A model generated the notes under the pieces. The model was not told the origin of the DNA. It did not search any database and saw only the letters and a list, made by a program, of their open reading frames with translations. A DNA stretch of 64,000 nt. Origin: an uncultured Candidatus Saccharibacteria bacterium (GTDB taxonomy: Bacteria > Patescibacteriota > Minisyncoccia > Phycocordibacterales > G965230995). The stretch is from contig OZ246398.1 of the NCBI GenBank assembly GCA_965230995.1, positions 309,204 to 373,203 on the forward strand, in the 5' to 3' direction. Positions 30,999 through 40,258 of the stretch are shown one piece after another (the stretch's first letter is position 1; the number at the start of each line of letters is the position of its first letter). Made by a program: the position numbers and the translations under genes.

Positions 30999-32325
30999 GT
31001 TCTTCTTATTTATTTTTTGTTTTGTCTCTCTTTCATTGCCTTTTTCTTTTGTAAAGGCTTTGCAAATTACAGAGATAATGTATGACCACGAAGGAACAGA
31101 TACAAAAAGAGAATGGATTGAGATTTTTAATGATACAGATTCTGGATTAGATATTACCTCTTTCAAATTAAGAGAGGCAGATAGTAACCATTTAATCAAA
31201 GAATACAGAGGAGGAAAGATTGTCCCACAAAACGGTTTTGCTATTATTGCAGATAGTCCTGCCGATATTATTTCAGAAATTCCAGAGAATACTGTCATAT
31301 TAGACAGTGTTTTTTCACTCTCAAATTCTGGTGAAGAACTAGCACTTTTAGATGGCTCAAATAATCAGATTTTTTCTATATTTTATGACCCAACTATAGG
31401 CGGAAATGGTAATGGAAAAACATTACAAAAAATTGATGATGTTTGGGTGGCTAATATTGCAAGTCCAGGTTCTCAGAACGACGTTGCAGATAATAGTCAG
31501 TCAGATATTGACGATACTGATATTGCTGCGGAACCAGAAAAAGAATTGGGCACTACAAATTCAGCGATAATTAAAAAATATGATGATAACTTTAATCTAA
31601 TATTTAATATCCCAGAATTCGTTTATGTTGGTGAAGGGGCGCTGTTTGCAACTAATGCAGTTGATCAATACGGGGACATCATTCCTTTCGTCAATTATTC
31701 AATCAATTTTGGTGATGGATTGTATAGCATGGAGAAGGAAGTCGCTCATATATACAAAAAAACCGGAACTTATCTTTTGTTTGCTGAGGCAAAAACAGAC
31801 TCAAATATTGATTTTGTTAAACAAAAAATAGTCGTGAGGGAATTTCCGGTGGAATTATTGCAAATTGATAATGATTTTTTCCTATCTAATAACAGCAGTT
31901 TTGAATTTAATATTTCTGGTTTTGCTGTGAGCTCAAAGGGGAGAGTCTATAAATTTCCGCCCAATACTTTTTTGGTGCCAAAAGGAAAAATTATTCTCTC
32001 TTCTTCAATTTTAGGTTTTAATCCAGAAAATGATATTTCTGTTATTACGAGCTACGGTAATATCATTTTGTTAAGCCAAAAGACAGAAAACAAAATTTTA
32101 AATACAAAAACAGCAAGTGTTGCCTCTGGGGCAAAAATGAAAGTCTCCGACGAAGAAGAAAGAGACATAGAAAATACTGATATAACCACCGTAAAAGAAG
32201 CCGAAAAACCCTCTCAAACCATTTGGTTTGTGGTGTTTGGATTGATTCTGGCCTGCGGACTTATCCTATTGTATTTTGTCCAAAAGAAGCATAATCTTAT
32301 AGATGAGATAGAAATAAGCTCGTAA
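30988..32325 (+). CDS. secreted lamin-tail-domain (LTD) protein with a C-terminal TM anchor
   Basis: Signal peptide MVDKFFLFIFCFVSLSLPFSFVKA. LTD signature LQITEIMYDHEGTDTKREWIEIFNDTDSGLDITSFKL. C-terminal TM IWFVVFGLILACGLILLYFV. Overlaps the upstream ATPase by 11 nt. Confidence 0.6.
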   Translation: MVDKFFLFIFCFVSLSLPFSFVKALQITEIMYDHEGTDTKREWIEIFNDTDSGLDITSFKLREADSNHLIKEYRGGKIVPQNGFAIIADSPADIISEIPENTVILDSVFSLSNSGEELALLDGSNNQIFSIFYDPTIGGNGNGKTLQKIDDVWVANIASPGSQNDVADNSQSDIDDTDIAAEPEKELGTTNSAIIKKYDDNFNLIFNIPEFVYVGEGALFATNAVDQYGDIIPFVNYSINFGDGLYSMEKEVAHIYKKTGTYLLFAEAKTDSNIDFVKQKIVVREFPVELLQIDNDFFLSNNSSFEFNISGFAVSSKGRVYKFPPNTFLVPKGKIILSSSILGFNPENDISVITSYGNIILLSQKTENKILNTKTASVASGAKMKVSDEEERDIENTDITTVKEAEKPSQTIWFVVFGLILACGLILLYFVQKKHNLIDEIEISS

Positions 32326-33545
32326 TGAAAAGAGTTTTAATTTTTTCGATAACTTACCACCCATATATAGGCGGGGCGGAGGTTGCAATAAAGGAAATTA
32401 CCGATAGGATACCGGATGTACATTTTGATTTGGTCACGCTTAGATTTGCAAGTTCAGTCCCTTATTTTGAAAGAATAGGGAACGTAAACATATACAGAGT
32501 CGGTTTTGTAAAAAAAGGAGAAGTACAGAATCTAAAGATAAAATTTCCTCTTTCTCTAAACAAAAAGTTTTTCCCCATATTCGCTTTTTTGCAGGCGATG
32601 AAGTTGCATCGAAAACATAAATATGATTTGGTCTGGGGAATGATGGCAAACTATGCCGGACTTGCAGCTTTGCTCTGGAAAATTTTTTATCCAAATATCC
32701 CATATCTGCTCTCACTCCAAGAAGGCGACCCAATAGAAGTTATAAAGAAAAGGGTAAAATTTGTACATCCACTTTTTGCGCAAATATTTAGAAAGGCAGA
32801 TAGAATACAGACAATCTCAAATTTTCTAAAAAGTTTTGCTCTGGATTTTGGATACAAAGGGCAAATGTCAGTTGTACCTAATGGTGTTGATATAAAAAAA
32901 TTTGGAGCGCATTTTGATTCTTTTGCAATTGAAAACGTTCGCAACCAGATTGGAAAACATCATATAGAAAATGATATAAACATAAATGGGCAGAACATAA
33001 TAGCAATTACAGTTTCAAGATTGGTCAAAAAAAACGGGGTGGATACTTTGATAAAAGCGATGAAATATCTGCCGCAATCAGCTAGGCTTGTAATAATAGG
33101 AGAGGGGCCGATGCTTATGGAATTAAAAGAATTGGCAGATGATGTTGCCGAAGATAGGGTAATGTTTCTCGGTAATATGGACCATTCAAAAATCCCTTTG
33201 TACTTGAAAGCATCAGATGTTTTTGTAAGACCTTCTAGGTCAGAAGGCTTTGGGAATGCTTTTGTAGAAGCAATGGCCTCGGGTATTCCTGTTGTTGCAA
33301 CTAATGTCGGAGGTATTCCTGATTTTCTTGTTGATCCAATATTCTCTGGTAAGGAAAAAGCCACAGGGCTATTTTGTGATGAAAATGATCCAAAAAGTGT
33401 TGCAAGTAGTATAGTGAGATTGGTGCGTGATAACGAACTTAGGCATGCTATAGTAGAAAACGCAAAAAAAATGGTATCAGAAAAATACGATTGGGATATC
33501 ATTGCAAAAGATATGAAAGATATTTTTGAAGATTTAATGAAATGA
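32325..33545 (+). CDS. glycosyltransferase family 4
   Basis: EGFGNAFVEAMASGIPVVATNVGGIPDFL. Confidence 0.8.
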   Translation: MKRVLIFSITYHPYIGGAEVAIKEITDRIPDVHFDLVTLRFASSVPYFERIGNVNIYRVGFVKKGEVQNLKIKFPLSLNKKFFPIFAFLQAMKLHRKHKYDLVWGMMANYAGLAALLWKIFYPNIPYLLSLQEGDPIEVIKKRVKFVHPLFAQIFRKADRIQTISNFLKSFALDFGYKGQMSVVPNGVDIKKFGAHFDSFAIENVRNQIGKHHIENDININGQNIIAITVSRLVKKNGVDTLIKAMKYLPQSARLVIIGEGPMLMELKELADDVAEDRVMFLGNMDHSKIPLYLKASDVFVRPSRSEGFGNAFVEAMASGIPVVATNVGGIPDFLVDPIFSGKEKATGLFCDENDPKSVASSIVRLVRDNELRHAIVENAKKMVSEKYDWDIIAKDMKDIFEDLMK

Positions 33546-34636
33546 ACGCAAAAAAAATAAAAATTCTAATTGCAACAGGTATATATCCACCATCAATAGG
33601 TGGGCCAGCTTCATATTCAAAACTGCTTATGGAAAAGTTACCAGAAAAGGGTTTTGATGTTTCTTTGATTACTTTTGATTCTGTTAGAAAATACGGAAAG
33701 GGCTTAAGCCACTTATTGTTTTTTCTGATGGTCATATTGAAAGGATTTAGATGCGATATTGTATATGTCCAAGACCCAGTTAGTGTTGGTTTGCCAGTAT
33801 TTTTTGCGACTAAAATAATAAGAAGAAAATACATACTAAAGGTAGTTGGAGACTTTGCTTGGGAACAGGGCGTCTCTCGTTTTGGTGTTAAAGATTCTCT
33901 TGATGATTTTGTAAAAACAAAACAAAATAATATTTATGTTAGATTTTTACAAAAAATAGAAAAAATTGTTGCAAATAATGCAAAAGAAATAATAGTGCCA
34001 AGTAAATATTTGAAAGGAATTGTGCAGAGTTGGGGAGTCTCGGGCGAAAAAATTACAGTCATATACAATGCCTTTAAAAAACCAGAATTTGAAAAAGAAA
34101 AAAGTAATAAAAAAGATTTTGTTATTGTTTCAGTTGGAAGACTCGTGCCTTGGAAGGGTTTTGACAAATTAATTGATGTTGTAAACAGTTTATCTTCTGA
34201 GATAAAGAATATAAAATTAAATATTATCGGTAGTGGTCCGCTTTATAATGATCTCAAAAAAAGAGAAGACGATAATATAAAAGTACTTGGGGTAATGTCA
34301 CAGCTAGAGCTCTATAAAGAAATATCTAATTCGGATCTGTTTGTCCTAAATACTGGGTACGAGGGTTTTTCGCATCAGTTGCTCGAAGTAATGTCTATTG
34401 GTGTTCCTATAATTACAACAAAGGTTGGGGGAAATACTGAGTTAATATCTAATAATCAAAGCGGTATTTTGGTTGAATATAACAATGTTACAGAGATTAG
34501 AGATTCGATATTAAAGATTTACAGTGACAAAGATTTTGCAGATAAAATATCAAAAGAAGGGTTAAGGGTTGTCTCTCAATTTAGCGAAGAAAAAATGCTG
34601 TCGAACCTCTCAGTCGTTTTTGAAAAAAACATATGA
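33542..34636 (+). CDS. glycosyltransferase family 4
   Basis: EGFSHQLLEVMSIGVPIITTKVGGNTELI. Confidence 0.8.
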   Translation: MNAKKIKILIATGIYPPSIGGPASYSKLLMEKLPEKGFDVSLITFDSVRKYGKGLSHLLFFLMVILKGFRCDIVYVQDPVSVGLPVFFATKIIRRKYILKVVGDFAWEQGVSRFGVKDSLDDFVKTKQNNIYVRFLQKIEKIVANNAKEIIVPSKYLKGIVQSWGVSGEKITVIYNAFKKPEFEKEKSNKKDFVIVSVGRLVPWKGFDKLIDVVNSLSSEIKNIKLNIIGSGPLYNDLKKREDDNIKVLGVMSQLELYKEISNSDLFVLNTGYEGFSHQLLEVMSIGVPIITTKVGGNTELISNNQSGILVEYNNVTEIRDSILKIYSDKDFADKISKEGLRVVSQFSEEKMLSNLSVVFEKNI

Positions 34637-35700
34637 ATATCCTAATGTTTTCTGGAGAAAAAAGAATAAGTGACATAAATAGCGATTCTTTTGCTAGGAT
34701 GTCTTCATATGCAAGTGGGGTAGATAAAATTGCAATTTTTATTCCATCAAAAGGCAAAAGTTTTTCTATTGGTAATCTTTCTGTGTTTGTAAGTGGTACT
34801 AACAACAAAATTATTTCTTTTGCCTTAATGTTGTTTTCTTCGCTCTACTTTATTTTAAAAGAAAAAAGGCTAAAAAACACATATGCAGTCACCTGTCAGG
34901 ATCCCTTTTTCTTTGGGTTGCTTGGATTTATTGTTTCAAAAATATTTAAATTATCACTTGAAATTCAGGTACACACTGATTTACGTTTTGCTCTGGACGG
35001 TGACATGTTAAAGAGAATTCTAGCCAAACTGACGCTAAATACAGCAAAAATTGTCAGAACTGTAAGTGAGAAATCAAAAAAAAGTCTGATTGATTTTTCA
35101 CCTGTTTGCAAAAACAAAACATATGTTTATCCAATTGCTGTTTATAAAAAAAGTTTTCCAAAAGCTGTCTTTAATGAAAAAGAAAAAAATATCCTTGTTG
35201 TCTCGAGATTAGAAAGCGAAAAAGATGTTGATAAATCGCTTAGGATTTTTAGAAAAATTTTGGAGATAATTCCTAATGCCAATTTGAGAATTGCTGGATC
35301 TGGGAGTGAGCTAGATCACTTGAAACATATGACCTTTAAATATGGAATCTCAGACAGGGTTTCTTTTTTGGGTTTTGTTTCTGATATTTTTGAAGAATAT
35401 AAAAAATCAAGCATTTTGCTCCATACATCAAAATATGAAGGTTTTGGATTGGTTTTTGTCGAAGCAGGATCGTGTGGTCTGCCTATTGTTTCGACAGATG
35501 TTGGAATTGCGAAAGAGGTTGGTGCGATAATTTTAGACGATAGCGAACACGTTTCTTCGGAAATAATATCAGTCTTAACAGAAAAAAGGATATGGACAGA
35601 AAAGTCTAAAAAAGTAAAAAATAATTCTTTGCAATTTATAATGGACGCAGATGAATATTCAAAAGGCATAGTTTTAAAGTGGAAAGAATTTTTAATATGA
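34633..35700 (+). CDS. glycosyltransferase family 4-like
   Basis: EGFGLVFVEAGSCGLPIVSTDVGIAKEV. Confidence 0.7.
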   Translation: MNILMFSGEKRISDINSDSFARMSSYASGVDKIAIFIPSKGKSFSIGNLSVFVSGTNNKIISFALMLFSSLYFILKEKRLKNTYAVTCQDPFFFGLLGFIVSKIFKLSLEIQVHTDLRFALDGDMLKRILAKLTLNTAKIVRTVSEKSKKSLIDFSPVCKNKTYVYPIAVYKKSFPKAVFNEKEKNILVVSRLESEKDVDKSLRIFRKILEIIPNANLRIAGSGSELDHLKHMTFKYGISDRVSFLGFVSDIFEEYKKSSILLHTSKYEGFGLVFVEAGSCGLPIVSTDVGIAKEVGAIILDDSEHVSSEIISVLTEKRIWTEKSKKVKNNSLQFIMDADEYSKGIVLKWKEFLI

Positions 35701-36746
35701 AATTACTCATCATTACTCAAAAGATAGACAAAGAAGATTCGATTTTAGGTTTCTTTTATCGCTGGATAATTGCTATTTCTAAGCATTTTGAAAAGGTTAC
35801 TGCTATATGTCTATTTCAAGGGATTATCCAAGACGATATGTCTGCAAAAGTTCTTTCTCTTGGAAAAGAAAGTGGTTTAAATAGAATTTCATACATTTTA
35901 AATTTTTATAGATATATTTGGAAAGAAAGAAAAAATTACGATGCTGTTTTTGTCCATATGAATCAAATATATGTAATTCTTGGTGGATTGATTTGGAAAA
36001 TGCTGGGAAAAAAGATTTATTTATGGTACGCACACGGACACGTCAGTTTCAGTCTAAAAATTGCCCATTTGTTTTGTGATGGAGTAATAACTTCTACAAA
36101 AGAAGGTTTTAGATTAAAAAGTAATAAAAAACACATTGTAGGTCAGGGGATTGAATTAGAAAATGATCAATATTTTGAGAGGTCATTTGATGGGGTAATC
36201 AGAGCAATGTCGCTTGGTAGAATTTCTCCGGTTAAAGATTTGGCAACATTTATAGTTGGCTTTGAAAGATTGCTAAAAGAAAATAGAATTTCTGAAATTG
36301 TAATAATTGGTGGTACAGAAACTGAGGATCAAATTTTATATAAAAAATATCTTGAAAACCTTGTTTTCGAAAGAGGACTGGTAGGTAAGGTAAATTTTAC
36401 TGGAGCTGTTTCTTATGATAACGCAAGAAAGATGCTTTCCTCGGGGCAAATATTTGTAAATACTTCTCTTACAGGCAGTTTGGACAAATCTGGGCTAGAG
36501 GCTATTGCATCTGGTATGCCAGTTTTTACTTGTAATCCATCATATAGAGAATTGTTCGGTGAATATGCTGAGGTTTTTATGTTTAATGAAAAAGATTCTG
36601 AGGATTTAGAAAAAAAGATTTTAATTTATTTATCTCTACCAAAAGAAATAAAAACAGAGATATCCAAAAAATTGAGAGATGATTTATCACAAAAACACTC
36701 GCTCGCGGGTCTATCAGAAAGGATTGCGGATGTTATCAAATCCTAA
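35679..36746 (+). CDS. glycosyltransferase (GT-B, GT4-like)
   Basis: GSLDKSGLEAIASGMPVFTCNP. Confidence 0.6.
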   Translation: MERIFNMKLLIITQKIDKEDSILGFFYRWIIAISKHFEKVTAICLFQGIIQDDMSAKVLSLGKESGLNRISYILNFYRYIWKERKNYDAVFVHMNQIYVILGGLIWKMLGKKIYLWYAHGHVSFSLKIAHLFCDGVITSTKEGFRLKSNKKHIVGQGIELENDQYFERSFDGVIRAMSLGRISPVKDLATFIVGFERLLKENRISEIVIIGGTETEDQILYKKYLENLVFERGLVGKVNFTGAVSYDNARKMLSSGQIFVNTSLTGSLDKSGLEAIASGMPVFTCNPSYRELFGEYAEVFMFNEKDSEDLEKKILIYLSLPKEIKTEISKKLRDDLSQKHSLAGLSERIADVIKS

Positions 36747-37693
36747 TATCTAGCAACCTTCCAGTATTTGTTTTGGAAGAAAGAAGATTTGTCTTTGTAG
36801 TAATCCCAATCTATATCTGATCTGTGGCAAACTATATGAGGTATATTTCCGTAATAAGAGGCAAAGCTTCCAAAATTTGAATCGCTACCGATTATTATAT
36901 CTGTGCCAGATAACATAAATAGTTCCGTTGCAGGATCTCCTTCGCCCAGAACATAACACAAACCTTCAAAAAATTTATTTTCAATTTTTGAATCTGATGT
37001 TATATAAAAACAAGTTTTTTTTCTATCGATTCTAAATTTTTCTATAAATTCGTCGATAAAAGTTCTCATATGGCCTTGGTCAACAAAAAACTTTCCTCTT
37101 TTGTATGATCGGTATTCTCCTTGTCTTATGTGGACGCCGATTACGTTTTCGTATTTTGATCTGAGATCAGTTAATTTCCTTTGTACATTTAACTGAATTT
37201 TTTTGTTTGGAGAGAAGAAAGAAATTATTTCTCTGCGATATTTTTCCATTCCAACAGGATTTCTGAAAGTTCTTTTATCAAAAGCAAAAATTTTTTTCTT
37301 TTCAAGTACGTTTATTTCTCTAGCTTCAGAAGATGGTGGAAGAATAAAAACACCTTCTCTGTTTGTCTCGTCTGACAAAAGAATTCTTTCTTTGAAAATA
37401 AGTTTCATCAAAGAAACATAAACTTTGTAGAGAAGACGGAAAAATTTTGGTATTCTGTCGAATTTTCTCCCTCTGTATTTTGAAAAGGGGAGAAAAAAGA
37501 TTGTCTTTATAAATAGGTTTTTTGGAACCAAATTAGGAAAAAATTCGAAATATTCAAAAAAACTATAGTTCTCACAAGCCATCTTTCTTTCGAGACAATA
37601 TGCATATACAGACGCAAAATTCCATAGCTGGCTACCTAATTCGCCACCTGGGTGTGCAAGTATAATCGCTTTTTTAGCTATATTATCCACCAT
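36743..37693 (-). CDS. GT11-like alpha-1,2-fucosyltransferase-family protein
   Basis: IGVHIRQGEY resembles the GT11 HxRRGDY motif, and the C-terminal GSDSNFGSFASYYG resembles the GT11 STFSxW motif. Confidence 0.45.
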   Translation of the reverse strand: MVDNIAKKAIILAHPGGELGSQLWNFASVYAYCLERKMACENYSFFEYFEFFPNLVPKNLFIKTIFFLPFSKYRGRKFDRIPKFFRLLYKVYVSLMKLIFKERILLSDETNREGVFILPPSSEAREINVLEKKKIFAFDKRTFRNPVGMEKYRREIISFFSPNKKIQLNVQRKLTDLRSKYENVIGVHIRQGEYRSYKRGKFFVDQGHMRTFIDEFIEKFRIDRKKTCFYITSDSKIENKFFEGLCYVLGEGDPATELFMLSGTDIIIGSDSNFGSFASYYGNIPHIVCHRSDIDWDYYKDKSSFFQNKYWKVARY

Positions 37694-37782
37694 AAACCAA
37701 CACTATAACATTAAAACTTATTTTTTGTAATTAATTTAGGTGTTAAAAATTACTTATTCATATATAATCTATAAACAACAAT

Positions 37783-38511
37783 ATGCAGTCAAAAGAGGTC
37801 AAAAAAAGATATAACAAAGACGTAAAAAACAAATTTAAAGGTGATTATGAATATAATCGCTGGTTTAAAGATAAAATTCTGATTTCTGGTTACGAGATGA
37901 CTAGAAAAACTATCGAAGATAGATTACCTGTCTCAGAAAATATAAATGATGTCCTAGAGCTAGGGCCCGGTGCTGGGACATGGACAAAGAAGCTTGCCCA
38001 AAAATACAATCAAGCGACTTTTGATTTGGTTGATATTTCAACAGAGATGTTGTTGCTCGCAAAATCTAATGTCGGATCAGGAAATATCAATTTTTTTGAA
38101 TCAGATTTTTTAGAATTTAATTCTAATAAAAAATATGATTTATTTTTTTCATCGAGAGTGATTGAATATTTTGATGATAAAAATGATCTTATTAAAAAGA
38201 TATTCTCATTTCTCAAAAATGGTGGTGAGAGTTTTATTATTACAAAAATGCCACAATACTGGAGATACAAAATGTTTTTTAAATTAATTCCGGAAATGCA
38301 TAAAAAACAAATTAAACCGAAAGATCTTGTGTCTATAATAAAAAATAACGGAGGCAGTAATATTTCAGTTTATCCTGTTGTGATGACTTTTCCGATTTTA
38401 AAATCTGTTATTGTAAATAAAATTATTTTTGAAACATTTCGCAGGTTTAGATTAAATTTCATAAGTTCACTTTTATGCGAATCGTACTGTGTTAAATTTT
38501 CAAAAAAATGA
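37783..38511 (+). CDS. class I SAM-dependent methyltransferase
   Basis: Motif I: VLELGPGAGTWTKKLAQ. Confidence 0.6.
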   Translation: MQSKEVKKRYNKDVKNKFKGDYEYNRWFKDKILISGYEMTRKTIEDRLPVSENINDVLELGPGAGTWTKKLAQKYNQATFDLVDISTEMLLLAKSNVGSGNINFFESDFLEFNSNKKYDLFFSSRVIEYFDDKNDLIKKIFSFLKNGGESFIITKMPQYWRYKMFFKLIPEMHKKQIKPKDLVSIIKNNGGSNISVYPVVMTFPILKSVIVNKIIFETFRRFRLNFISSLLCESYCVKFSKK

Positions 38512-39089
38512 TTATTGAGCTATATGGGTTACCGGGTTCTGGCAAGACAACGTATGCCGAAAATCTTGCAAGAGAAAAAGGTATTGAAATCATAAGAATA
38601 AAGAAAAAAACAGACTTAATCTTTTTTAATTTTCTTTTTCTTTTTATGTTTCCAATAAAATTTTTTATATTGTTTTTTTACGTCTTGATTAATTCGACCA
38701 ATATAAAAATGTTTTATTATAAATTTATGAATACTTTTTTGCATCATAATGCAAAATATATAAAAGCTGTTTTTTTCAGGAGAGATACTGATGTTATTAT
38801 AGATCAGGGGCATTTTCAAAATATTATTTCTGTATTTGAAAAAAACCTATCACAAAAAAGTTTAAAAAAATATTTAAATTTTTTACCGAAAAAAAATAAC
38901 TTAGTTATTTTTGATATTCCGCAAAATATTCGATTCGAACGTCTCAGTAAGCGTGATTTTGTAATGAGAAGTGACTTCAATCAATCATATAGGCAAAAAT
39001 GGTTTCAGGTCATTGAATATAATGACAGTCTGCTTAAAAGTAATCTAAATCTTTTAAAAAACAGTTTTGTACTAAAGAAAAATAACTAA
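38508..39089 (+). CDS. P-loop NTPase/kinase-like hypothetical protein
   Basis: N-terminal Walker A, ELYGLPGSGKTTYAENLA, followed by a hydrophobic segment. Confidence 0.4.
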   Translation: MIIELYGLPGSGKTTYAENLAREKGIEIIRIKKKTDLIFFNFLFLFMFPIKFFILFFYVLINSTNIKMFYYKFMNTFLHHNAKYIKAVFFRRDTDVIIDQGHFQNIISVFEKNLSQKSLKKYLNFLPKKNNLVIFDIPQNIRFERLSKRDFVMRSDFNQSYRQKWFQVIEYNDSLLKSNLNLLKNSFVLKKNN

Positions 39090-39091
39090 AA

Positions 39092-40258
39092 ATGAAACTT
39101 ACCTATATTGTAAATTCTCGAATACCTACAGAAAAAGCACATGGATATCAGATATGTAAAATGTGCGAAGAATTTTCTTCTGCGGGTGTTAATGTTGAAC
39201 TGGTAATTCCAAATAGGTTAAACATTATAGAGGAGGATGTTTTTAGCTTTTATGGTTTCAAAAAAAACTTTGAAGTTAGAAATATAGACATTATCGATTT
39301 CTTTAAATGGAGAAAGTTTTTTGGTAGCAGGATATGTTTTTATATATCTAGTTTATTGTTTTTTGCTAAGTTACTTTTTTTAAAAATAGAAAATAATTCA
39401 ATAATCTATACTAGAGATGTGTTTATTACGTTTATATTTAGCATAAGGGGATATACAACAGTTTACGAATGTCATGATTGGTTTTCAAAAAGTAAATTTT
39501 TATCGCTTTTTTTATTAAAGAAATGTAATTTTATTATTACAACGAATAGATATATTAAGGAACAATTTGAAAAAAATAATTTTAAAACCGTTTTGGTCGC
39601 TCCCAATGGTGTAGATATTGATTTGTTTGATATTAAAATAAATAGGGAAGAAGCGATTAAAAAAATTTCCCTTGAAGAGAAAACAAAAAAAGAACTCACA
39701 GGCGGAAAGCTGTTAATGTATACAGGAAGCTTTACTACTATGCATCAGGATAAGGGAATAGATGATATATTTAGGGCTCTTAAAATAATTAATGATAAAA
39801 ATATAATCTTTTGTGCGGTTGGGGGTAGTGATAAAGATATAAAATATTACAATGAAATTGCAATGAATATGTCACTGCCTGCAAAAGTTTTTTTATTTGG
39901 GAAAAAAACACAAAGAGAACTGGCTTTATTTCAAAAAATTGCAGATATATTACTTATGCCGTTTCCTAAAAAGGCTCATTATGAATATTTCATGGCCCCA
40001 CTCAAGATGTTTGAGTATATGGCAAGTAAAAAACCAATAATAGCTTCTAAGTTACCATCTATTTTGGAAGTTCTAGATGAAAAAAATTCTTTTCTTGTAT
40101 CCTCCGGTAACCCAGAAAATCTCGCACAGGAGATTATGTATGTATTAAAAAATGTAGATGAAGCAAATTCTAGAGCTGACTTGGCATTTAGGAAAGTATC
40201 AGAACTTTACACTTGGAGAGAAAGAACAAAAAATATTTTATCTTTTATAAAAAAATGA
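39092..40258 (+). CDS. glycosyltransferase family 4-like
   Basis: GT-B C-terminal region FEYMASKKPIIASKLPSILEVL. Confidence 0.6.
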   Translation: MKLTYIVNSRIPTEKAHGYQICKMCEEFSSAGVNVELVIPNRLNIIEEDVFSFYGFKKNFEVRNIDIIDFFKWRKFFGSRICFYISSLLFFAKLLFLKIENNSIIYTRDVFITFIFSIRGYTTVYECHDWFSKSKFLSLFLLKKCNFIITTNRYIKEQFEKNNFKTVLVAPNGVDIDLFDIKINREEAIKKISLEEKTKKELTGGKLLMYTGSFTTMHQDKGIDDIFRALKIINDKNIIFCAVGGSDKDIKYYNEIAMNMSLPAKVFLFGKKTQRELALFQKIADILLMPFPKKAHYEYFMAPLKMFEYMASKKPIIASKLPSILEVLDEKNSFLVSSGNPENLAQEIMYVLKNVDEANSRADLAFRKVSELYTWRERTKNILSFIKK

